From contig JAVHQB010000093.1 of NCBI GenBank assembly GCA_036170905.1, positions 123-64,122 on the forward strand: a stretch of 64,000 nucleotides of DNA. The letters are read 5' to 3'. This document shows, one piece after another, positions 29,911-40,381 of the stretch (its first letter is position 1; the number at the start of each line of letters is the position of its first letter). The stretch is from Minisyncoccota bacterium (lineage in GTDB: Bacteria > Patescibacteriota > Minisyncoccia > UBA6257 > JAVHQB01). The translations under genes and the position numbers were made by a program. The notes beneath the pieces were generated by a model. It worked only from the letters and a program-made list of their open reading frames with translations, was not told the DNA's origin and searched no databases.

Positions 29911-31455
29911 TTATTTAAAATAATATACTTGCATTCCCCTGAATTCCTCTATTTTAAGGATCAAATCATCCGCGTGCATATCCATCCATTTTTTTAGTTT
30001 CTGAGAAACAAAGGGAGAATCACCCCAATGCGAACAAATAATCCAAATACCGGAATTTTCATCTTTTTTAAGCCCTTCTATGTCTATTGTCTGATAATCA
30101 AGTGACTCTTTCAAACACACTGCCGAATATCTATCGTTTTCATCTATATCATCGCCAAAAGAATTGTCTAAATAAAGTTTATTTTTTAGATCAGGAGAAC
30201 AATAATATTCAAGCGATGGCCAAAAACTATGATGCGAAAGGACTATAATATCTCCTTTGTGATATTTTAAGATAATATACTTCATTGCCTCTTTAAATTG
30301 TTTCTTTATAGAAACTACCCCGATAGAAGACCTAAAACTATTCCCATAATAATAATTTTTTAACGATATTGTAATTAAAATAACGGATGAAAATATTACC
30401 AGGGCCAGAATAACTTTATTCTTATGGAAAAACTCAATCCCTTTTGACAATATAATATAATAAAAAAAAGAAACAGTAATTAACGTACGATCTAAATATA
30501 TCGGCCGTATTACTTTTGAAAAAACCAAGATTATTACTGGAATAAATAAATAACTTAGCGATATCAATAACCTTTCTTTAGGGTTCCAGCCGGGACTGCT
30601 TTCATCTGTTAAGCTAAAAGATACCATTGCCCATATGCCGCAAAAAAATAGACCGGCTATCAAAAGCCCTGGAAATATAAAATTCAAATTCAAAGTATAG
30701 TAACCTAGGGTAAAATTCCCAAATATATGAAATATGTCCTCTACTGAAACTGGAGGAATCCAAAAATTATTCGTAACCCTTCTCAAATGTTCAATACAAA
30801 CAAACATCCAAGGGATAAACAATAAAAAAATCACAGACTGCGCAATTATCCATTTCTTAAATAAATCCTTGCTATATTTTTTGTAGCTAAATATCATAAA
30901 TAAATTTTGGGCAAAAATATTTATGAAACCAAAATAATGCGTATAAACACTAAGTGTCGTAAAAAGTATGTACCCTAACCACAATCCAATTTTATTTTCT
31001 TTTATTATTTTAATAAAAAAGTAGAGAGATACTAACGATAAAAGAAAAAACAGCGAATAACTTTTAACTTCCTGAGCATAATATATATGAAAAGGTGAAA
31101 CAGTAATAAAAAAGGCTGTATATAAAGCTACGCGTTTATTAAAAATCAGCTTTACAGTTTTATAACCAACAATAATACTGAATGCGCTAAAAATTACGGA
31201 AGGGATTCTGACTAATTCTTCACTTTGCCCTAAATATAACCAAAAATGCATAATCAACCGATATAATGGCGGATGAATTCCTTCAGTATTAACCTGAAAT
31301 AAAGCCGCAAGAGTTTTTTGCGCCTCAAGTAAAACAAGTGCTTCATCGTACCATAAAGATTTTGAACCTAAACAGCAGGCTCTTAGCAATAATCCCAGTA
31401 AAAACAAAATAATAATACCCAAATTATCTGACAATATTTTTTTAAAATTATTCAT
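29911..31455 (-). CDS. GT-C fold glycosyltransferase (GT39/PMT/ArnT-like)
   Basis: SLWYDE, HPPLY, RIPS, SPFHIYYAQEVKSY, YTHY. Confidence 0.88.
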   Translation of the reverse strand: MNNFKKILSDNLGIIILFLLGLLLRACCLGSKSLWYDEALVLLEAQKTLAALFQVNTEGIHPPLYRLIMHFWLYLGQSEELVRIPSVIFSAFSIIVGYKTVKLIFNKRVALYTAFFITVSPFHIYYAQEVKSYSLFFLLSLVSLYFFIKIIKENKIGLWLGYILFTTLSVYTHYFGFINIFAQNLFMIFSYKKYSKDLFKKWIIAQSVIFLLFIPWMFVCIEHLRRVTNNFWIPPVSVEDIFHIFGNFTLGYYTLNLNFIFPGLLIAGLFFCGIWAMVSFSLTDESSPGWNPKERLLISLSYLFIPVIILVFSKVIRPIYLDRTLITVSFFYYIILSKGIEFFHKNKVILALVIFSSVILITISLKNYYYGNSFRSSIGVVSIKKQFKEAMKYIILKYHKGDIIVLSHHSFWPSLEYYCSPDLKNKLYLDNSFGDDIDENDRYSAVCLKESLDYQTIDIEGLKKDENSGIWIICSHWGDSPFVSQKLKKWMDMHADDLILKIEEFRGMQVYYFK

Positions 31456-31498
31456 ATTATTTTAACTAACGTAAAAATAGGATATTAAATTAAAACCC

Positions 31499-32905
31499 TT
31501 AATTAAAAGAATAAGAAAACACCATATTTACGCCTGCCTTTATATAATTTAATAATTGCCTGAAGCTTTTTAACCTTAAGATAATCTTAATAATGCGTAA
31601 AGGGTGCAGGTAAAAACCTAAATTACCTTTTTTTACATATTGCGTAATAATATTCGCGGGTAATTGTGTTTTGGCGATAGCCGGAAAATCCTGTTTATCA
31701 TCAAGAATAAAACAACGCCAATAATCCTCTTGATGATTACTTAAATAATCTTTATACAATTGCGTACCCGGAATTATAGTAAACCTGGAAAATTGGACAA
31801 AGTCAAATCCCACTTTCCTGGAAAATCGTATAGTATTATTTATTGTGAAACGGGTTTCACCGGGTGAGCCTAACATAAAAAAACCAAAGGAAGATATCCC
31901 TGCTTTCCTGGTTAAATTTACAACATCCTGGATTTGAGAAACAGATATAACCGGCCTTTTTAAATTTTTAAGAATTAGCTGGTCCGTTGATTCTATCCCA
32001 TACATAATCATTTTACAACCGCTGGCGGACATCTCTTTCAATAATTCTCCATCGACATAATTAATATGGGACCTAGTAACCCAGGTAAAATTCAATTTTT
32101 TTGCTCTCATTCTTTGACATAGATCAATGGTTCTTTCTTTGTTTGCACTAAATATAGAATCATAAATATCAAGTTCCCTGATATCAAAGCGATAATAGCA
32201 TTCTATCATTTCTGCAATTACATCTTCAATCTTTCTTAGCTGAAGTTCTCCGCATAAGCAACAATAAATGCATTTAAATGAGCATCCTTTGCTTGTAATC
32301 AAAGCGGTAAAATTTTTTTTAGAAGAAAATGGGGAATAATATTTATGATTTGGCAAGAGCTCTCTGGCTGGGAAAGGCAACGCATCAATACTTTTTGGCG
32401 CTTCTTTCTTTTCATTAATAACTACATTTCCACCTATACGAAAACATAAACCGGGGATGTTGGAGAAATCCCCTTGATTATTAAAAACTTTTAAAAATTC
32501 GGGAAGTGAATCCAGTCCACTGCCAATAATAGCGAAGTCGATTTCTTTATGCTGCATTACCTCCCAAGCATATAAATCTAGTAACGCTCCCCCGATTATT
32601 ACAGGTATATTTATTATTTTTTTTACCACGCCAATCCAGGAAGTTACATTATGAAAAGAACTGGTAGTAACTGTAAATCCCAATAGATCCGGAGAAGAAT
32701 CTTTTATCTTTTTTATAACCTCGCTTAGATCAAGATTTAATATATTCCCATCTATAATGACTGCTTGATGACCTGCTTTTTTAATGATTGCAGCAACATA
32801 AGCTAAACTAAGTGGAGGATAACGCATAATCTGCTCATACCCACCTATGCCAAAAGATTTCTTTTGGTACTTATCAAACTGAGGATATATTAAAGCTATT
32901 TTCAT
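31499..32905 (-). CDS. B12-binding radical SAM protein
   Basis: PPLSLAYVAA, IIGG, SKGCSFKCIYC, YGIES, FFMLGSPGET. Confidence 0.92.
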   Translation of the reverse strand: MKIALIYPQFDKYQKKSFGIGGYEQIMRYPPLSLAYVAAIIKKAGHQAVIIDGNILNLDLSEVIKKIKDSSPDLLGFTVTTSSFHNVTSWIGVVKKIINIPVIIGGALLDLYAWEVMQHKEIDFAIIGSGLDSLPEFLKVFNNQGDFSNIPGLCFRIGGNVVINEKKEAPKSIDALPFPARELLPNHKYYSPFSSKKNFTALITSKGCSFKCIYCCLCGELQLRKIEDVIAEMIECYYRFDIRELDIYDSIFSANKERTIDLCQRMRAKKLNFTWVTRSHINYVDGELLKEMSASGCKMIMYGIESTDQLILKNLKRPVISVSQIQDVVNLTRKAGISSFGFFMLGSPGETRFTINNTIRFSRKVGFDFVQFSRFTIIPGTQLYKDYLSNHQEDYWRCFILDDKQDFPAIAKTQLPANIITQYVKKGNLGFYLHPLRIIKIILRLKSFRQLLNYIKAGVNMVFSYSFN

Positions 32906-32926
32906 TTTTGATTATTTAACATCTTT

Positions 32927-34411
32927 TTATTTATATATTATTAAATAAAAATATAATGAAACGCCTGAATATGTTTTTATCAAATCTACTACCGCATAAC
33001 CGCTTAAAACATCCTGATCTAACTTTTCTTTTGAGATAAATATATATTTTACATTTTTCAATAAGTTTACAGTTTTAAGAGTTACTACATCAAACACGTT
33101 GTTATTTAAAATACTCCTCTCTTCATTACCATCTGCGTAAAAATCAATATAACCCGGCAAATACATCCATATTCTGCGGATTATCTTATCAGTTATCAAC
33201 GCCCCCGGAACAATGCATACCTTCGTAATATCTCCCTGTCGCATATAAGCGTTTAACCATCCGGCAGCATCTTTAACTAGATTCTCCTGTTCGCTGGACA
33301 TGGAATCATTAACAACTGTATGGTCATGCTGTAATTGGAATATCTGAAACGCCATAATAATAATTAATATACTTATAGCGCCTGCCAAAATTAACTTATT
33401 ACGAAAATTATATCTACGCGATAGCCTGTCTATTGTTTTCCCGGCATATAAAGCAGCTATCGGAACCGATGGCATTAGAATTCTTATTTCTCGGCAAAAC
33501 ATGCCACCCGAATCCAAAAAATGCAATATTTGGAAAATTATTAAGAAAAAAACATGCGCGATAAAACAAATCTTCAGAAACCTATATCTCCTATCATTTA
33601 AAGTGGCAGCTATTCCTATCACAGATAATATTATTAAAGGATGAGCTATAAGGATACCAATCAGACTGCCTAAACCTTGAAAAGAAGTCATGGAATTACC
33701 AGGATCTTTGTCTGGAAGATAAAAAATAAACTTACTAATCCCAAGCCCTAATAACTGGCTATTAAGCATAATCCAGAAAAGTGTCGGCAAAAAAAGGAAA
33801 ACCAGGTGTTTAATCCTAACTTGTTTATGGAGCAAGTAAACCCAAATAAATACATATAATAAACCTTCTTGCCGGATTAAGGGTAAAAATGCAATTACTA
33901 AAATAGAAAAACTATACCTCTCTTGATATAGTAAATAAATTGCCAATATAATAAAAAAAGAATACATTACTTCGGATAATGTGGACAAAGACAGAAGAAA
34001 ATAAACCGGAAAGGTAACTAACAATATCATAGTCAGGTATGCAGCGAACTTCGAAAAGGATAACAACCGTGTCAGCTTATAGGTTAGAATAATAATGCCG
34101 CCGGAAAATAGCACATTCATTATCCTAAGAGAGGACATCCCAAAAGGTAAAATATTATAAAACAACCCCGCAATGAACATATAGCCTATCTTGCAATAAT
34201 AATTCAATGCAATTACCGGATTAAATAGTAATGTTTTTACATGGCAATATCTGAATATATCATCAACCTGGTATAAAAAAAACCTATCCAAGAGGCCTGC
34301 CCTGCGGATATCACTGATAAACCAAACCAAACCAAACAAAACCACCTCAATAATGGTTATGGTCAACCAAGGAAATAGCTTTAATTTAGATTTATACAAC
34401 AAATTTGGCAT
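32927..34411 (-). CDS. Probable GT-C fold membrane glycosyltransferase
   Basis: DD motif after first TM, LSEV, IRQEG, about 11 hydrophobic segments. Confidence 0.6.
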   Translation of the reverse strand: MPNLLYKSKLKLFPWLTITIIEVVLFGLVWFISDIRRAGLLDRFFLYQVDDIFRYCHVKTLLFNPVIALNYYCKIGYMFIAGLFYNILPFGMSSLRIMNVLFSGGIIILTYKLTRLLSFSKFAAYLTMILLVTFPVYFLLSLSTLSEVMYSFFIILAIYLLYQERYSFSILVIAFLPLIRQEGLLYVFIWVYLLHKQVRIKHLVFLFLPTLFWIMLNSQLLGLGISKFIFYLPDKDPGNSMTSFQGLGSLIGILIAHPLIILSVIGIAATLNDRRYRFLKICFIAHVFFLIIFQILHFLDSGGMFCREIRILMPSVPIAALYAGKTIDRLSRRYNFRNKLILAGAISILIIIMAFQIFQLQHDHTVVNDSMSSEQENLVKDAAGWLNAYMRQGDITKVCIVPGALITDKIIRRIWMYLPGYIDFYADGNEERSILNNNVFDVVTLKTVNLLKNVKYIFISKEKLDQDVLSGYAVVDLIKTYSGVSLYFYLIIYK

Positions 34412-34421
34412 ATCTGGCTTC

Positions 34422-35135
34422 CTAATTTATCGTTATATTAATGCCATTGATATCCTTGTCTTTTACAATCACAGGATTACTAATATAAGCAGCCCTAGGA
34501 CAGAGAGGAGAATTTCCGCTACTTACCCCCTCTGGAATATTTATGGCAATAATACAAACTTTGCCAATATCAAGAGGCACCTTTACACTAAAATCTCCAG
34601 GCTTACCTAAAGAAACTCTGGCAATATCCGGAGGAAGGCGAATTTTTTTAAAATGCTCCGGGCTATAAATACAAACAACTATTTTTCCATTTTTATATTG
34701 AGCAGATAAAATTTTACCTGATAACTTGATAGTTTCGCCTTGATAATCATCCATTAAAAGTTTATTTGTTTTTAAAATAATATCATAATGTAGAATATCA
34801 TCCTTTCCTACTTTTATAGGATCCGATATAAAGTAGGCAAACGATTCATGAAGGGAACCCTTATTTCTTGCGCATATATGTATATTATTATAATCCTTGG
34901 GAATTTTCAGTTTATAATGGCCTGGACCGGATAAATAAGTTAGCCCTTCTTGCCAGGGCATTCCAAGTTTTAATTTTGTAGTCCAGTAGAGCTCTATGCT
35001 TCCTTTTTTAAATTCATCATAAATAATTTCTCCTGAAATAGTAACATCCGGTTTAGGCTGCCGGTAAAAAAATAAAAATATCAGTGATAGTAGTAATAAC
35101 AGTAAAAAAACAAATTTCATTTTTTTTATTAACAT
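34422..35135 (-). CDS. Exported or membrane-anchored protein with two repeated beta-rich domains
   Basis: N-terminal hydrophobic anchor; internal repeat (VTISGEI..GPGHYKLKIP..PIKV..DI / IKLSGKI..KPGDFSVKVP..PVIV..DI). Confidence 0.7.
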   Translation of the reverse strand: MLIKKMKFVFLLLLLLSLIFLFFYRQPKPDVTISGEIIYDEFKKGSIELYWTTKLKLGMPWQEGLTYLSGPGHYKLKIPKDYNNIHICARNKGSLHESFAYFISDPIKVGKDDILHYDIILKTNKLLMDDYQGETIKLSGKILSAQYKNGKIVVCIYSPEHFKKIRLPPDIARVSLGKPGDFSVKVPLDIGKVCIIAINIPEGVSSGNSPLCPRAAYISNPVIVKDKDINGINITIN

Positions 35136-35159
35136 TTTTATATTCTTCCCGCTACTAAA

Positions 35160-35257
35160 TTATTTATTAAAACACTCCCTCGATAAAACAGCGGCTATTT
35201 ATCTGCTAACAATCTACTCCCTTCCGGATTACAATGACTAAGATCTCTTTTCACCAT
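35160..35257 (-). pseudogene. Frameshifted C-terminal remnant of an SGNH-type protein
   Basis: Manual translation MVKRDLSHCNPEGSRLLADK then, after a 1-nt shift, IAAVLSRECFNK*; matches the SGNH block V pattern DxxH...G.RLLA..IA. Confidence 0.5.
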
Positions 35258-35279
35258 AATGCTTTTTTTAATTTCTTTA

Positions 35280-36662
35280 TCACCGTAAGAAAATACTTCT
35301 GAGAATTTTTTTTAATCCAAAGGTTTTAATCAGGCTGAACAGCCTCAGCGGATTAGAATAATACCGCAGATATCCTAAAAACTGGTATCTTTTAAGATCT
35401 CTTTCCCTGATATCCTTCAAATCAATAGGAACAGTAATATTTTTAGAAAAATTGATCCAGCATATTTGCTTAAAGACACTCTCATTTTTTGATGCTTGCT
35501 TAAAGATATCTGTTCCCGGGTAAGGAAATAAGATGTTTATCGAGAGGTAATCCGGCCCCAGAGACCTTGCAAACGAAATGGTCTTTTTTATATCCGGCCT
35601 GGTCTCAAACGGGTAACCGATAATTACGCTTATATGTGTAATAATGCCATTTTCCTTTAAACACTTTGTAATACTGCGCATATTATTAATGCTGATATTT
35701 TTATTCATTCTGCTTAATGTAACTTCAGATCCTGACTCTACACCAAGCATTATTCTATTAAATCCCGCTTCTTTCATTTTCTCAATTAAATTACTATCCA
35801 AAAGATCCGCCCTTGTAGAGCATCCAAAATTTATATGTTTACTTAACCTACTATTTATTATTTCCTGACAGAATCTTAGTGTACGTTCCCTATCAAAAGT
35901 AAACACCTCGTCTAATATTGCGAAATTCTTTGCCCGGTATTTATTAAAATTTGAATCTATCTCCTCTAATACATTATCTATCATTCTCTGCCTAACTTTT
36001 TTGCCGTGCAAATCATAGCAAAAAGTACAGCTATACGGACAGCCTCTCTGAGTGATCAACGGTAATTCCAATGTATTACCAGAAAATTTAATAAGAGGAC
36101 TGTAGTTTTTATAGCCAGCCAGGCCCCAGTCAGGAAACAAGAGAGAATCTAGGTCATCAATAAATAAGTTTTCTCTACCAATGACATTTTTCCCGTTTTT
36201 GCGGCTATAAACCCCATTCAGGCCGACAGCCTCTTTATCATTGTCCAGATATTCCAAAAGCATCGGAAAACTCTTTTCTCCTTCTCCGGCTATAACAAAA
36301 TCAATATTGCCGTTCTCCCGCAAAGCCTCCTCAGGCAAGGCAGACACGTGCGATCCTCCTAAGATTATTTTCAGGCCATTGTTTATGCGCTTTAAAATAT
36401 CCGCAATTTCAAAAGCGCTTACAATATTTTCCGTATAGGCGGAAATCCCCACATAATCAGGTGAAAATTCGTTTATTGTTTTTATGAATTCATCATAACC
36501 AAGCTGATTAATGAATAAATCCAAAACCTTAACTTCATATTTATTTTTAGGGAGATTTGAAGCAATATAAATAAGGCCGGTCGGATAATAATGATATGTA
36601 GACTTAGAGTATCGGTACTTCTTGGTTAAAAAATAAGGATTTATTAATAGAACTTTGCGCAA
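35280..36662 (-). CDS. B12-binding radical SAM protein
   Basis: PTGLIYIAS, ILGGSH, GEGE, QRGCPYSCTFC, GVESG. Confidence 0.93.
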   Translation of the reverse strand: MRKVLLINPYFLTKKYRYSKSTYHYYPTGLIYIASNLPKNKYEVKVLDLFINQLGYDEFIKTINEFSPDYVGISAYTENIVSAFEIADILKRINNGLKIILGGSHVSALPEEALRENGNIDFVIAGEGEKSFPMLLEYLDNDKEAVGLNGVYSRKNGKNVIGRENLFIDDLDSLLFPDWGLAGYKNYSPLIKFSGNTLELPLITQRGCPYSCTFCYDLHGKKVRQRMIDNVLEEIDSNFNKYRAKNFAILDEVFTFDRERTLRFCQEIINSRLSKHINFGCSTRADLLDSNLIEKMKEAGFNRIMLGVESGSEVTLSRMNKNISINNMRSITKCLKENGIITHISVIIGYPFETRPDIKKTISFARSLGPDYLSINILFPYPGTDIFKQASKNESVFKQICWINFSKNITVPIDLKDIRERDLKRYQFLGYLRYYSNPLRLFSLIKTFGLKKILRSIFLR

Positions 36663-36663
36663 T

Positions 36664-38121
36664 TTAATCCTTAAAAGGGTTTATTTTCCAGCTTTTCAAG
36701 TAATTTTTAAATAATAAAAAGGCGCCAAAGATCAAATCAGATAGAGAAAAGGTTCTCTGGATTAAATGTTTTAAGATAATCCTGGGCCGCATATAAAAAT
36801 CAAACATGCCTTTTCTTTGAAGATCAGTTAACTTTTGCTTGGTTATGGCATTGGAACTGTAAATTATTTCACCACCCCAGCTTGACCAATCATGCCAGCT
36901 GGTGAATTTATTATCTATTTTATCAATACTACCTATCCTGTCTTTATTTTCTTCAAAAAATATAGACCCTGGAAAAGGAACGGCTATATTGAATTTAATC
37001 AAATCAGGGTCTAATTCCTTGGCAAATTTGATTGTCTGACGGCAGGTATCCTGCGTATCCGGAGGTAACCCCAGCATGAATAACCCCAAACTACGGATAT
37101 TGCATTTTTTTGTATACTCCATTGCCTTTCTTGCCTCATCCAAAGTAGTCTTTTTGCCTGTATAATCAAGGACCTTTTGATTGCCTACTTCAAAACCATA
37201 CATAATTAAGTAAAGATTAGCCTCCTTCATCCGCTGCATCAACTCTAAATCCACCATATCCACGCGCGTCTCGGTAAACCATTTTATTTTCTTATGTAGT
37301 TTACGCCGGATAAACTCATCACAAAACTCCAGACCCGAATCTTTGGAAAAAGGAAAATAAGCATCCGTAAAACCTATGTATTTCATATTAAATTCATCAT
37401 AAAGATATTCTATTTCATCAACGACTTTCGGTATTTTTCTATAGCGCGGTTTCTTATAAAATTTATCCTGTGAACAAAATAAACAATTGTAAAGACAACC
37501 TCGTGAGGCCTGCACAGGCAAAACAAGGCTATTGTAAATCCCTAACATAGGATATCTTCTATAATAGCTTAGATTCAAAGAATGCCAGTCAGGATAAACA
37601 AGCGAGTCTAAATCTTCAATGATCTCTCTGTCAGGATTGTGCATAATCTTCCCATTATGGAGAAAACTAATCCCTTTAATACCTTCAAGTTTTAAGTTTT
37701 TATCCAAGGCAATGGCTGTTTCTAAAAAAGATTCTTCCCCTTCTCCTTTCACAACAATATCGGCAAAACCCTGGGTTAGGAGTTCTTGCGCAAAAAGCGT
37801 GGGATGAATATTACCCAATACGATCTTTGTAGGTATCCCGGCATGTTTTATTCCGCTAACCAGCCTCTTTACATTGCTCATCGCCGTGGTAAGACAGGAA
37901 AATCCTACAATCTGGGGGGAAAAATCGGATATTTTCTTAATCAATGCTTCATTAGTTATGCCGCTGGCATATTGGTCTTCTACCAAAACTTCTAGATTAT
38001 TATTTCTTAGCACTGCCGACAGAGATGCTAGCCCAAGCGGCGGCAAAGGCGTGACCGAACGAAAATAAGTACTGCTTAATCTCGCTAAATCAGACATTGG
38101 ATTTATTAACGCTATTCTCAT
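36664..38121 (-). CDS. B12-binding radical SAM protein
   Basis: PPLGLASL, LGNIHPT, GEGE, SRGCLYNCLFC, YGFEVG. Confidence 0.93.
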   Translation of the reverse strand: MRIALINPMSDLARLSSTYFRSVTPLPPLGLASLSAVLRNNNLEVLVEDQYASGITNEALIKKISDFSPQIVGFSCLTTAMSNVKRLVSGIKHAGIPTKIVLGNIHPTLFAQELLTQGFADIVVKGEGEESFLETAIALDKNLKLEGIKGISFLHNGKIMHNPDREIIEDLDSLVYPDWHSLNLSYYRRYPMLGIYNSLVLPVQASRGCLYNCLFCSQDKFYKKPRYRKIPKVVDEIEYLYDEFNMKYIGFTDAYFPFSKDSGLEFCDEFIRRKLHKKIKWFTETRVDMVDLELMQRMKEANLYLIMYGFEVGNQKVLDYTGKKTTLDEARKAMEYTKKCNIRSLGLFMLGLPPDTQDTCRQTIKFAKELDPDLIKFNIAVPFPGSIFFEENKDRIGSIDKIDNKFTSWHDWSSWGGEIIYSSNAITKQKLTDLQRKGMFDFYMRPRIILKHLIQRTFSLSDLIFGAFLLFKNYLKSWKINPFKD

Positions 38122-38145
38122 GAAAATTTCCTTCTCAAATATAAT

Positions 38146-39333
38146 TTATTTAAAATATCTGAACATATCTCCTGAAACAATACTTTTTAGACAACTTTTA
38201 TAATATTCTTTAGTTTTACTGTTTAAGTATGGATCTGTAATACGGACTGCTTGCGTACTAATATCATCGCAATAATTACATTGCTGGCATAATTTCTTAG
38301 CGCATTCCATTTTCATTATATTTTCGATAAAACCGTTCAATTTTTTATTATCAATGTAGATAAAATTATTAAACAATCCTGTTAATTTTTTTAATTTGAA
38401 AATATTAACTGTAAATGGACGAAAAAAATATTTAAGCTTAGGGAAAAAATCAGCGTTTAAAAATATCTTATTCTTTGCGGGATTAGGAAATAAATCCAGT
38501 AAATTACCTTCATAATTACGCTGGCTATAAGATTTTACAATGGATAATATTTCATCTGTGGGCATGCCTCTATCTATTATTTTAAAATAATCTACGCCTA
38601 ATTTCTCATAGTGGCATACATCTTCAGGCCTTATCCAGGTGCTACGTATATAATTCACAGGTTTAACCATCTGTAGATAACGGCATTGTATACGGCAATA
38701 ATCTATGACAAATCCTCCGCAAGAATGACCCGATTGAGAAGCATGAGAAGCGACATTAGCGTGATACCTGTAAAAAGGGCACTTATATAAACAATTTGCA
38801 TTCAAAATAAGCTTTAACTGACATTTCACGCTATCCCTTATATGTTTTAGCATAGAAAAATCCCTATTTGCATCAACATTAAGCAGGGTAATCCTCTTAG
38901 CGCCTAAATCCTCCCAGTATCGCGCCTTAATAGCTGTATTAACACCGGCTAAAGTAGAAACATATATCTTTACTTGCGGGGAATACTTCTTAACCAGTTC
39001 CAGAAGATAAGGGGTGCCTACTGTAATTGAATCTACTCCTAAGCTAGTAGTCCACTCAATAAGCTGAATTATTTTTTTCCGGCCGATAGAAGTCCACTCC
39101 CTATTATCAAGGCAGCTGCTGTTTAAAAGATAATTAAATTCTAACCTATATTCATGCGCCTTTTTAACATTATCGGCAATCTTCTTTTTGAACGTAAAAG
39201 GTGTCTGGAAAGAATGTTTTCCCCCGCCGATAAAATCAGCAGTTAATTTACCATAAAGCTCCACAACTTCAGGATACCTGCCCAATTGTGGAATAAGATC
39301 ATCTTCTCCGTTAAAAGGCACTGACAACTTCAT
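38146..39333 (-). CDS. U32-family Fe-S protein
   Basis: FNYLLNSSC, WEDLGA, NRDF, CLYKCPF..YH, WIRPED, CAKKLCQQCNYC. Confidence 0.85.
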   Translation of the reverse strand: MKLSVPFNGEDDLIPQLGRYPEVVELYGKLTADFIGGGKHSFQTPFTFKKKIADNVKKAHEYRLEFNYLLNSSCLDNREWTSIGRKKIIQLIEWTTSLGVDSITVGTPYLLELVKKYSPQVKIYVSTLAGVNTAIKARYWEDLGAKRITLLNVDANRDFSMLKHIRDSVKCQLKLILNANCLYKCPFYRYHANVASHASQSGHSCGGFVIDYCRIQCRYLQMVKPVNYIRSTWIRPEDVCHYEKLGVDYFKIIDRGMPTDEILSIVKSYSQRNYEGNLLDLFPNPAKNKIFLNADFFPKLKYFFRPFTVNIFKLKKLTGLFNNFIYIDNKKLNGFIENIMKMECAKKLCQQCNYCDDISTQAVRITDPYLNSKTKEYYKSCLKSIVSGDMFRYFK

Positions 39334-40381
39334 TTAATTCCCTTTCATATTTATTCATTAGATTCAGGCGCCTCAGATTATCAATTGTTGTAACCTGCTT
39401 AGCAATCATAGCGCAATAACCACAAACCTGACAAGATTTCAAACTGCAATCTTCTTTCATGAAATATTCTAAAAAACCATCCAATTTTTGGTTGTCGATA
39501 TATATACCGGACTCATCCTCTGACTTATCAAAAAAAAGATCTATCAGATTACCTTCGTAACGCCTAAAACTATAGGCTTTTAGTGTTTTCATTACACCTG
39601 CGGTATTCATGTTCTGATTAGCGATTTTTATACGCTTGATCCCCAGTTCTTCATAATAGTGTAAATCTTCCGGCCTTATCCAGCCGGAACGTATAAACTC
39701 AGTAGGTTCTTTTATCTTTATATAATTACATTTCGCTAAACAATAATCAATTGTGCCTTTTTGCCGGTAATTAGAAGTCTGGGAAAAATGTGAATGTACC
39801 GCGGCATGATATGTCCAAAATGGGCATTCATTTAAACAAGAAAGGTTAGCAATTAATTCTAACTGGCATCTTATATCCTCCCGAATCTTACGCAATAATG
39901 TAAAATTACGGGTAATCCCAGATACTGCCGATAAAGTTATCCTGTCTGCGCCTAAATCATCCCAATATCTAGCCCTTTCCAGAGAATCTACTCCACCCAG
40001 CATTGATACATAAACCTTTAACTCGGGGTAATTATATTTTATGAATTCCAACAAATACGGGATAGAAACACTAACAGCATAGACATTATTTTCGACAAGC
40101 CATTCCAGTAGCTTTCTTAATCTTTTTTGCCCGGAAATGGTCAGTTCCTGATTCCCTATACAAGTAGTATCCAATAAATAATTAAATTTTAGTCCTTTAT
40201 GATAAACTTTTTTAAGATAGGATATAAACTGTGACTTAGAAAATCCGGAAGGCGCAGTTGAAAAACATCCCTGGCCAATACCATCTTGATCAAGGCTGCC
40301 ATAAAATTCATCAACTTGAGCCGTATCTACTGCATCTAACAGGTCAAGCTGCCAATTAGCAGAAATACTAAATTTTGTCAT
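39311..40381 (-). CDS. U32-family Fe-S protein
   Basis: FNYLLDTTC, WDDLGAD, CLNECPF..YH, WIRPEDL, CSLKSCQVCGYC; probable start MTKFSISANW at 40381. Confidence 0.85.
   Translation of the reverse strand: MTKFSISANWQLDLLDAVDTAQVDEFYGSLDQDGIGQGCFSTAPSGFSKSQFISYLKKVYHKGLKFNYLLDTTCIGNQELTISGQKRLRKLLEWLVENNVYAVSVSIPYLLEFIKYNYPELKVYVSMLGGVDSLERARYWDDLGADRITLSAVSGITRNFTLLRKIREDIRCQLELIANLSCLNECPFWTYHAAVHSHFSQTSNYRQKGTIDYCLAKCNYIKIKEPTEFIRSGWIRPEDLHYYEELGIKRIKIANQNMNTAGVMKTLKAYSFRRYEGNLIDLFFDKSEDESGIYIDNQKLDGFLEYFMKEDCSLKSCQVCGYCAMIAKQVTTIDNLRRLNLMNKYERELNEVVSAF

Noticed and set aside
24987-40381. U32 proteins as collagenases/proteases (e.g. RiPP leader peptidases)
   Set aside because: No signal peptides, conserved Cys clusters, and the best-characterised U32 members are Fe-S hydroxylation factors.
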